Part shown: positions 23,201 through 35,200 of the stretch, one piece after another | Layout: every line of letters begins with the position of its first letter | Numbering within the stretch: position 1 is the stretch's first letter | Assembly (NCBI RefSeq): GCF_964355755.1 | Contig: NC_092671.1 | Location: forward strand, 2,232,001-2,296,000 | Direction: 5' to 3' | From: Antedon mediterranea | Taxonomy: Eukaryota; Animalia; Echinodermata | Length of the DNA: 64,000 nt | Program-made: the position numbers and the translations under genes | The notes under the pieces: generated by a model | What the model was told of the DNA's origin: nothing | What the model saw: the letters and a program-made list of their open reading frames with translations, nothing else | Database searches by the model: none

Positions 23201-26200
23201 TCCACCACATTTTAAAATAAAGTTTGATAATGTAGACAGAGATTTAGCTTGACAATGTTTGCTTTATTTCTATGTATTTTTTTTATTATTATTAATTAAA
23301 TTGATGTTTGATGAAGTAATATTCTGTTTATGCTCATAAAAACGACCTACCAAATTACATACTTTTTTAACTTTCGCAATAAATATCACTATATATTATA
23401 TTTAGATCAGTTATAATATTTGTATTATTTAGATTATCCTTGACGAAGGATACTGTTTCCCAAACCTTGCCACTTGCGTTCTGTTCTGTTTTATCTACCG
23501 TTTTGATTTATCTTTTTGCTTATTCTCACCGACACCCACAGCTTTTCAGAGCAAGAATATCTTTCTATCAATTTGTAGCACTTTCCTTTTTAAAAATGTT
23601 TAATAAATACCATAAATTGATACGAATCACCAGATTCATAAAATATTAAGATATAGAGATAGGGTATTGCGTCTAGTTAAATTGGTAGGTATCGTGTTAA
23701 GTTCATTGCTCTAACGGATTACTTTATTTAATTTCGTGATACACAGGTGTAAAAGTCTCATGTTTTCATTTATTTCAAAGTGATACCGTATCAGAGGTTA
23801 CCCTGGATGCAACGATTGTCACATGTCACATTTTTTAATGTTACATGAGAATGGTTTATGTAACACGGTACCAATTAAATCATAATGGTTAGAATGGGCG
23901 ATTGAAGAAAAAAAAAACACATCTGCTTCTATCAGATGATTATTAATATTTTTGTTTTTAGTTGGAAAAATTCCAATGAATTATAACAATTAAAACTTAT
24001 ATTTATACAAGGTTATCCAAGAAATATATCAGAAAAAGATATGAGGTGAAAGTGATTAACCATTGCATCAAACTTATTTTATCTTATTTTATTCATAAGC
24101 ATCGTGTAACTTGCCAATCACAGGATGGATAAACTAGGGAGTGGAGTTCAAAGAGTTACAACTGTGCACAAAGTCAGGATCGAACCTCGGACCTTCAAAT
24201 TGGAAGGCAAGCATGTGAACCACCAAGCTACAGCTCCATTATGTTTTAAATGGGATTGATCATATGTTTGTGGAAAAGAAAAAATTGAAACTATTTACAA
24301 ATAAACTACAGAAGAACCCCAATTAAGAACCATCATTGGAACCCAACAATGTTGTTTTTCTTTCAAAAGAAAGTGACGTCAGAAACGAGCGGTTCTACTG
24401 TAATATTAACATTTAATGTATGGTAAAATTTGAATTCAATTGTTAATCATCTGATATTCAAACCTAAATATTGACCCTTGACCCAACTACATGAATATGC
24501 ATACAAAGTTCATACAAGTTATTGCTTGCTTATACAGTAGTACCCTGGATGGATTCAATATGCTCGCTCTCATCAGACTTTATTTAATTTCAAACACCTG
24601 CAGTCCCATATTATTCAAATGCTTGTTGTGAGAGTTTGCCGATTTAAGATGGATGGGCTTAACTCTCATAAAAGGCTAGCAATGCATCTATATTGTGATT
24701 ATCCGTAGGCTAGGCTAGCTAACACTCAATCTTACTCACAAAGGAAACCGTACGACGGCGGTAATATGATGGAAAATCATTGGGAAACATTCAGCTGTGA
24801 TGAATCTTTCGCATATAAAAAGATTTATAAATTTTTATGACGATGCAAATTACAATGTATCAAGTGGGAAAAAGTTAATTTTTTGTAATAATAATGATAA
24901 AAAATCAACACATTAGAAAACAAAAGGAAACATTAATATGATAATTGTTCACAATATAAATTGTTCACAATACAATTTTTTTTTATTATCTAGTGGAAAT
25001 AAATTTATGAATATTAAATATGTTTGTGATTCAAAAATTATTAAATTATTGATTATATAGTACGAATATTGTTGACCAAAAACATCTTTTTTAGGTTGCA
25101 CCTACCAGCTGCAAATGATAATAAGTACAAACAGATATAAAAGCTATTGATAAAAGCAAAAGGTCAAGAGGTCAGGTCATGACCTATGTTGCAAACATGT
25201 TGTTGTCAAGAACCCATATTGGTCTCTTCTTTGTAACCAAGAACAATTTTTAAATAAAAAAAGAGTCAATAACCTGACAAAGTGCGGCATTCGACAAGGT
25301 ATATGAAATTGGAATTAAATTAGACATACCGCCAACTGATGATGTATTAATGTTTCCATGTAAAATTACTGTACATCAATTTAATGTCATAGTTAATATA
25401 TAAATCTGTGAAATCTACAGCAAGTTTAATAGAGCTGACATTTGATTATAATGTGTCGGTAGGATTTAATCATAATTCAAGTTATCTCAATCAATGGCTC
25501 ATTGACGAGAAACCTAGAAGATAAAGGCATGTTGTCCGTCTGTGAATAGACAACCTAACTAGGCCTCTCATCCTCTGAATAAATAATGTACATGTACAGC
25601 ATCAATGCATTTAGCTATTTATACGAAGATATAAACTATACCCGCTAGTTCTATCAAAAGAGATATTTTTATAACTAAAATTGACAAAGTAATTTGTGTT
25701 CATTTTACATTCTTTAAACTCGGTAGGTCATCCATTTCTCGAGTAATCTCAAGTCATTCATATTCACTACCCGCATACATATCTACTCTTAACGTGACAA
25801 CGCTAGAAGGCACTCTGCGGAGAACTATCCATTTATAACTAAATCATGTGTCTCGCTGATGACACATAAAAGCGACACATACGAGTAATTTACGCCGTAT
25901 TTTGACGTTTATAAGCGCATCAATATCATTTTTGTATACCTGACGGTGTTGGCTTTTACCTGACGTTTACTGAATTTGAATAATCTAACATGGAGTATGC
26001 ATAGCTCTTGCGATTAATCATTTCTAAATGACAATCTGTAATAATTAATTTTCTGGGCATAAAAAAGGTTGTGAACTTCAGTAGATATAATCAGATTGGA
26101 TACATTGAATGAACAGCACTCACAAGCACTCAACAAGATTGTTGCTACATTGGACATTTCCAAAGCGTCACTGTTTATTTATTAACTTTTATAATTTTTA

Positions 26201-29200
26201 ATCAATTCATCTATTAACACCCTCTTAATAATTTATATTTCTAATTAATGCGTGAGTGAATAAATTATATTGGACCCAGTAGTAGTATTTGGTTCAGCAA
26301 ATTACGTGATCAAGATGTTTTTTTCCGTCCCTGATAGTAAATCAAATTAAGACAAGTAAAACATGACGATGATCGTATTGGACGTCTCAAATGGGAGAAA
26401 ACAATGGTTTATGAATACTCGCTGATTGACAAGATAAATACACATTGACAAGCAGTTTTAAAGCATCAGATGACACAACACAAATATGCCATAAGAAGAA
26501 GAAAATATTTGTACTTGTCAATTATGAAATTTTATATTTTATTGTTAATCGCAATAAAACATTTATTTCCTTTTCTGTCTTTTTGTAAATCAAAATGCAT
26601 CTAAAAAATTCTTCAAGAAATTAATATGGAATTAGACATTTATTTATTTATAGGCTTTTGTTTTTATTTACTTTTCTGTTTTTTGTTGTATTTTGTTTAT
26701 TGTATCTGTCCCAAATGATCAGCAATTGCTGGATGTATCACCCTCATTAAATATGGTTCAAATATATAAAATAAATAAATTATGAACTCTGTGAGAATAA
26801 AAAGTACTGTAAGCGGCACCAATCAATATTACAGTATATATTTTACATAAAATATTCTAAATTTGAATACATTACTACATACTATATCAACATATCATAA
26901 TTACATGTATAACAAAATAGTAGTAGCAAGACAAAGACAAATATATATTATTTGATATTAAGAATCTAGCGAGTCACAGAGTTCAATAATATCCATACAT
27001 AAAAACTATTTCAATTACGATTTACAGGTCATTTGTGAGCACGTTGACGCGACAACAACAATTTGAAGGGTTATACGTGGACTTAATAGCACATTTCAAT
27101 TAATAACGCGCGTTTAGGACATAGATTCCGAGTAGAAAATGAATATCTTCAAGTAAGTATAAAGTTGATGGAGATGAATGGTTATAGCAAGGCTGCTTAC
27201 TAATTTATGATTTATAATCACTGTGAATGAGACTTTACTTTGAAAGTAAATATTCAATGCTTTTGATATTGAGAAACAAAAAGGATACCTCCAAATAAAG
27301 ACCAGTTTTTATTAATGTTAATAATGTTAATGTATATAGCGCATGCAAACTGAGCTGATTTACATCCACAAATGCGACTTTCTTAAAAGTTATTAATGAT
27401 ATTGAGAAACAAAAAGGACACCTCCAAATAAAGACCAGTTTTTATTAATGTTAATAATGTTAATGTATAGTGCATGAAAACTGAGCTGATTTACATCCAC
27501 AAATGAGACTTTCTTAAAAGTTATTGATATTGAGAAACAAAAAGGATACCTCCAAATAAAGACCAGTTTTTCCTGGTTAATGGTAATAATGTTGATGTAT
27601 TTATTATATAGCGCATGAAAACTGGAGCGATTTACATCCATTAAATAAGCCTTTATTGAAAGTAAATAATGAATGATTTTGATATTGATAAATAAAAGTA
27701 TACTGTACTTCCAAATAAGGATCAGTATTTCATGATCCCCCATGTTGATTATTGAAGATTGAAAAGGCCAAAAAAATTGCAATTTGTAAAGATAATAATA
27801 CTATTGAAATTGATCAATAAATTGCCTAGCAAAAATGAATACCCAAATACCTTTAGTGTACTGTCTCCGGCAGGTACCGCACGTAACTCGTGAGGGTGTC
27901 TGTGTGCGAGTTCTGGGTCAACCATCGATAACTTTTGCATTTGCCTTTTGTGTTTATGTCGAAACAAACATAAACAGAACAATATTAGAAACGTTAGAGC
28001 AACAAATGGACCCAAAATGGAGGTGACTAATATTGGTACATTGTACTTCGCCATCGTCATGTTCCCGCCTGTAAAGAGAAACAAATTATGAAAATTAATT
28101 GAAAATAAATTTTAAATGCTACAATTGTAGGTAGTGTAAGATCATACATTCTCCTTTTTTAATACATGTTTAGACTATTGGTGTAAAGTAAACACTGTTT
28201 TATGAGAAAAAAAAAGCATTACAATCTTTGCTCAAAAATGGGATGAAAATCACAAAATCTGTTGTTTTTCATATCCTAATGCCATTATACATTCACAAAG
28301 CATGGGTGGAAACTCTCAACTTTGACCTCAAAAGGCCCGGATGGACTGCCATTTAACAACCGAAGGAATGATTAATGACCGCTTTATGCGAGGATGGACG
28401 TCCTCAGAACTTTAAATTTCTTTTTAAAAAAAATCGCTGTAGTCAGTTTTCGTTGGATGTTACTAATTAAAATTTTAAAGTAAGAACACCTTTGAACAAT
28501 GTACAATTCAAAGAAAGTGTCATTTGGGATTTCATTCAGATGAATAGGTGCTAAGCCTGTGTTTTAAGAACCCTGTTGAGTGAGTGATTTACTTGTTAAT
28601 TTAGTCATGTAAATGGTAAATCTTTTAAGCCATCTGAAAGTTTTATTCTCAGTTAGTTATTCTATGCCATTAGCACATTTACTATCCATCCGTATATTAT
28701 CCAATACTCTTACATTTGACATTATAAATCAGTTTATAAAAATAAATTTCAGGTGAATCATCATCGTAAGTTTCACAATCAATATATTGATTATTACAGA
28801 ACTAGGAGGCCAACTAGAAGGCCTACTTAAGACAGTGGCTGTATGTAAACTAGTACACCTACTTGTCTCAAAGATGTACTAGGTTCTTTAAAGTTTATAT
28901 TCCTTGTCTGAGAAGACTCGTTTTACCACCAGAGACAGTGGCTGTGTGTGAACTAGTACACCTACTTGTCTCAAAGATGTACTCTAGGTTCTTTAAAGTT
29001 TATATTCCTTGTCTGAGAAGACTCATTTTAACACCACCACCATAGTGGCTGTGTGTGTACTGTACTACTCAGTACACCAGAGTCACACACTATTAGTCTC
29101 AAAAGATTTACAGTACTACAGTAAATCCTAAATACACACAAGGATTTGGGTACACTGGACCTACGCTTTATAGTTTTTGTCAGAGAAGACTCATTCTACC

Positions 29201-32200
29201 ACCAGAACAATGGAGTGAACCACAAATGGTCATTTATATAGAATTTAGGTGGAAGAAATATAGGCTGGGAAGAATTCAGGTTTAGTATGTCATCATATCA
29301 ATAAATAAAAGTGAATGTTACCTGGGTCTGTTGATGCAGGTTTTGGTGTAGGAGATGTTGACAGTGACACTGATATGTTGACATTACACATGTCACCCTC
29401 ACAGCACTGTATACTCAACTTGCTGTTAGATCCTGACTTACATATAAGTATCCCTTGCTGACCATAATTAAGACAACCCTGAAAAATATAATATAATGAA
29501 AACATAAATTATATATCAAGGGTACATTTTAATCAACTTTTGTTTTGAGGTAATCCTCGTTTTCAAAGCTTGGCCCGACTATGTGGAATAACCTCACTAA
29601 AAGGATCCCCAATTCATCATCATGAGTGCCAATCTTTTAAAAACACACCTTGTTACCAGATAATCGTTTATTGTAAAGCGCTATATATGACACTGTAATG
29701 TTATGCAAGAGAAAGGTAAATATTGAGTGTTACGAAATCCTATGACAGCTATTAGAGTATTCAATGATACAACTTAAATACTAGATTTTTTTTTGCACTT
29801 TCTTAACCCTTCTGTTTTTAAAAATATTTTAAAATTATTCTTCTACATTAATGAATTGCTATATATTGAGTATGTCAAGACCAAATGCCCTTCCACTACC
29901 TCATTACGCTCTCATGTATGTATTAAGAATTTGAGCCTAGGAATCTTAAGATCTAAACCATCATCTTGCTAAGTTAGTATCTAGAATATATTTAACTTGC
30001 ATTGATTCATGGACGTCGAACTGTACACGTCTTGTTGTCGGTAAACATTAGACGGTGATCAAACAGTTACATTGCTTCCGTCATTTCTACGTAATTAGCA
30101 AAAACTTTGAAAAGTTCTTGTCTATCGTGGAGTTTTACAGTAATAGATCGGTAAATTAAGATTTATCCTGAACACTGTAATATTACGCCACAGTTAATTA
30201 CAATATATTCATACTGACTGTTTAAAGTCACATACGCCGAGAGAAAGAAGAGCGAAATCGACTAATTGTGCTCATTCTAAAGAATCATGTCTCACAGTCA
30301 TCTAATCACACAGAGCAATGCCTTTAAGATGGTTCAAAACGACGACCTATCTTTATGACCAACCAAGGCAGAGTTGACCGAGAGTGGAGACTTGACCGAG
30401 AGTGGAGACTTGACCGAGAGAACACTCCGACAAGAGGAGTATAATGGCTAATTCACCGGTTCGACCCACGAAAATGTTAATGTAATGAAAATTATGTTTT
30501 AGATGTTAATGCTAACATCTAAAATTGTTTAGTGCCTTGTACATACACTTGTATGGAATGCTGATAAAAAAAGCGTGAAAAGATGTTTATATACCGTAGT
30601 TAGTTTACAAACGCAGTTATAGATGTTACTGTTTAAAATACATACATATTCTATATATTTTATGCTTGTCTTCCAGCAACTCACATAGTTATTCAAATTA
30701 GCTTTCATACAATTATTAATAATGCCTTTATTTAAATTCATTTTGTGGTCGATACAAGCAATCAATCAAATAACACTATAACTGTCAATTAACTGTCAAT
30801 CAAATCAATGCATGTTTTGAAATATTAGAATGCTAAATGATGTTCATATCTAAGCCATCGGCACAAGCTTGGTGGTCTAGAGGTACAGTAGCAACTCCTT
30901 GCTAGTAATCTGGAGGTTGTGGGTTTGAATCCCACCCGAGAATCACTTGAACTTGTATCTTAGTGTACGAAACACAATTTACAAATTACTTTTAAAAATG
31001 TTAAAACTTTCAGTTTTGAGAACTTCTATATTAAAAAAACTTTCATAGTTTGTTTTTATAATAAACTTTCAACAATTTAGGTAATTTTCATTTGATTATT
31101 ATGTCAAAATCCCACTGTTGAAGAAGTCTAGAGATTAGAGCAGGCCTGGATTAGAGCATATACATAATAGACCAAGGAAGTCAAATTGTTTTGTCTTTTA
31201 TGTATAAATATATTGTTTATTAAATACAGACATTACAGGCAAAGAATACATTCTAAACCCCTTGGTGATAACTGAAAACTATTCAATTAATTATTTTGAA
31301 ACCAAACTTTTATTTTCAAAATAATAAACTGTATGAAGTTTTCTTTGTTTATGAATTTATGAGTATACCAATGAAAGAAATGATTTTATTCTGAAATGGA
31401 ACAAAATTTACCGCAAAGATCATAGCACCAGAAGACATAAAATGGAGTCTTATCATTACACTGCTAGAGATTGTACTTGAACACAGTTGATATGGGATAT
31501 CAAATACCTACACAAACATTCTGACCACTCCGTGCTACCTACATTTCAGATGTGAATACAAGTAGCGTGTAGTCTAGTTTGGTATTTCATAAATACAGAT
31601 GTTACTAGCAAAACAAAATACATGTCATCTGCGTTTGAAAATTCCAACTCCTTATATAAATGGATCGTTTTCTTCCGGCCGTGACTTTTCTACAATAACT
31701 CAACATCTGCTCAAATTCAAAGAATATACTTAATCGTTATTGTTTGCTAAATTTTATATTTAATACAGCTTCCTGTGGACTGGTTTAATAGAATTTAGTA
31801 AAAACATATTTGTATGGGGCAGTGGATGGACTAACACCATCTGCTTAGAACAATAGAAATGTAGATAATGAATGATTCAAATTTGTGGTTTCTCTCATTC
31901 TATGAATTAGGAATTTAATTTAAATAATTACTTAATAATATTTGTGGTTCTCTATTATTTATAAATAAATAAAGCATTTAAATTAAAAATTATTACTTAA
32001 TATTTTATTTATTTTGAAAAACTAAAAAATAATTATAATTACCAAGTTACTGTACTTCATTTTTTTAAATCTAATTAGAAATGTTACCAAAAACTATTAA
32101 TAATCATAATTTTATTTCAATGTGATATTAAAAGATATCTCCCTTGAAAAGATAATTGGACAATTTTTTGCTGTTGTTGGCCATTTTAATGACATAATTT

Positions 32201-35200
32201 ATCCAATTTGACCAAAAATTGCATGGAGAAACAAATATAATATTTACCCAATAAACCATGATTAAAAGACAATATTCTGTTGTTTATTTTTCGGTAAAAG
32301 TGAATAACTTCATGAAAACAACATTTTTATGGTCTTCTGTATTAAAAATTTGATTTTTTAGTTTAGTAGTCAATCTGATATCCCCATGTGCATGGATTTA
32401 TGCAATAGTAAATACTTATATAAAAAATATAAGTCTACCTTATCCAGCTCTAATTTATATATAGATATAAATTCTTTTTTTTTTTCATTTTATGTTTCTA
32501 AAACTAAATCGTCAAATAAATAATTCATTGAATAACAACATTCCAAATATAATGATTGAATATTATTTATATATTCTTTGAAAAGAATATTTTGCTAAAA
32601 TGCATATAAGCATCAGTTCACGGACATCTTTTGAACATGAAGTGCTCGTTGTGGCTGTAAAACATGCCGTAAAATCTATTAATACTGCCATTACTGCTAT
32701 TAAACATACTCTCTACACTACTTATGCTACACTTATAAATCTTGATGATATATCAGTTGATAAACTTCGATGAGAAACTCGTTGCCAGAAGATAAATTTT
32801 TCGAAGAATGATGAAAATTAAAAGGTTCGAGATTGAAAAACGACATTGTGAATAATTTATTTACAATAGTATGTTGAGATGAGTAGAGAGATAGATACAT
32901 AGTGAAGATGCTTTAACAATGATGATGGGATAAAGAGATAAAAGATGAAGATGATGATGATGATGAATGAAGAAGGAGTGAAACGTTAGTGCTTGGGCCT
33001 ATACCTCAACTTGTCTTTCTTTAAGAGTTCTTGTCGATCAAGTGATGATGCTGTGAATGATTGTAAATCGTTGAATAATGAGATAAGAAGAAGAGATTTA
33101 CTACAACCTATCAATAAACCTATGTAGAGTTTCTTTTAGGCCTAATATTTAATCTTTACATAAAAACACAGAGAAATAATCCTTCTACCATACAAGTATA
33201 CTGTAACTATTATAGTTACTTCATATACAATAATATAAAATATAACAGTTCACATATAAACTCATATTTGCTGGTAATTAACTCTATAAATAAATAATCT
33301 CATATTTTAAAACAAGATTTACTGAAATCACACACTTCATCAAACACACACTTACAAATATTATCAAATTCTCACGAGAATCACTGAACTAATTTTCTTC
33401 GTAATATTTTGGTTTAAAAATTAAAATATTGAGATGGAAATTCTTGGATTTTTAGTAATAATTTGAAAATGTCACACCAATTAGAATCTAGCGCAAGATA
33501 AAGTAATTTAAGTTGAAGCATTAGGTTAGAAACTGACACGATTTCCTCATAATGGCAAGTTTTATAACACATTTCATAGAATTTAATGAGACGGTAGTAA
33601 GACCGCCACAATCTGGAATTTGATGAGCTACTGTACGCAATCTAGTCTAGCACAAGATCAGTTTTATATCGAGTATTTACGTTTCACAGATTCATTTCTT
33701 CTCGCGATTCAAAAGACGTAAATCTGGTTTAAAGCGTTGCGTCCTTAGAGAGTTAGCTCATAAGAACATGGTGAAACGGCTGTATCATCTAACAGAGGTT
33801 GTACATGCCTATGTCTGTTTCTCGCAAAATAATTCACAGATACGTTCTCCAATGACCACTAACTTTGAATTTCTTGTATATATTTCAAACAGAACGATAA
33901 AGATTTGAGTATTTTTACAGCTATCGTATTTTTATTCACATTTTATTCGTTTACGGTGTAGGTATGAAGTAAGTTTTGCCAATTTAGTGAATATAATGCT
34001 TCTTGCCAAAGAAAAAAAAACAAAGCTTTGTGTAATAATATAGTTTTACAATTATAGCTATAACTTTGTAAAGAATTATTTTATGTGAAGTACTGTATGT
34101 TGATAATAAATTATATAGAAGTATGTATATTTTGTAAACTTCTTAAAACGTCAATGTTATCTTTGTGTGTTTTTAATTGTAAACCTGCACACAGCTATGC
34201 TCAACAGTACAGGTATGGGAATTAGAATATTATTATCGTCAATGCTGTTATCATTGAGTGTCTTATATTCTAATTCTGCACATAGCTATGAGCTATGTAT
34301 GTCTTGATACAGCAATGAATTATTTGAATTTAGATTCTCATATCAAAGCAAAAAGGAGACGTCTCATTAATCAAATCCAAAACTGAATAAGCTTTACCTA
34401 CTCAAAAAATGTTTTCAATTTTAGCAGATGGATAGTAACTCAAAGGGCACTTAAAGGGCTTGTACGAGTGAGAATCCTCTAAGCTGTGGTGACGCAGTCT
34501 CTACAAGGATTTCAGACTGAAACTGTGGCATTTCAAGTAGGCTTGAATCGAGAACGTCCTGATAGGCCTCGCCGTGAGTAGGCTTAAAAACCTGTTTTCT
34601 TTTAGAAACCAATCATAAATGAATACATCAATAAGCACTCCAATCGAGCCTATCAATCTGCAAGTCATTTAATTTAATTTACAAAGATATTGAAGCCTTT
34701 TTTTTTTGTGTACAGCTGTTGCTTTCAAAATTCTGATTCTGATGATGAGTGGAATGAACTTAATAGGAGATAATTAATCATCACTATTATTAATTATTTT
34801 TATTGTTTGTGGTTAAGATGTACTTTTATGTAGATCCTCTTTAAAGTTTAAATAAATATAAATTAAAAAGACCAAAACCAGATTCTTCAAATATATATCG
34901 TACATTGATTTTACCACAATTAATATGATGGCACCACCAGTATTGTTGTAGCCAATATTGATAAATTACAGACAGACAGATGAACCCCATTTAAGGGGAC
35001 ACCTTCAGTATGTAAAAAGTGTCCTCTAAATAGGGATGTCCCCTGAATAGGGGTTGGCCATACAGTAGGAGTGTTAAAACATATATTGCACCTCGTTTGT
35101 TTAATAGGAAAGTGTCCCCTAAATAGAGTTTAAACATTGTTCCCCTCATTCTTTTCAAGTGGAAGTGTCTCCTTATTAGGGTCATCTCAAAAGAGAGGTT

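Noticed and set aside
23436-23480. Penelope-type minimal hammerhead-like motif (cttgacgaaggatactgtttcccaaac)
   Set aside because: Both core boxes deviate (TTGACGA for CTGANGA; CAAA for GAAA) and stems I and III are not evident. At most a dead remnant.
24172-24237. tRNA-Gly-like sequence, and the similar head at 30860-30945
   Set aside because: Stems do not close into a cloverleaf and SINE-like bodies follow, so these are not functional tRNA genes.
27393-27782. 129-aa hydrophobic ORF
   Set aside because: Reads through the ~130-bp AT-rich tandem triplication inside an intron.
30594-30630. IYNCVCK-encoding stretch as a possible receptor ectodomain exon
   Set aside because: The exon at 35406-35563 already supplies the expected cysteines with correct phases.
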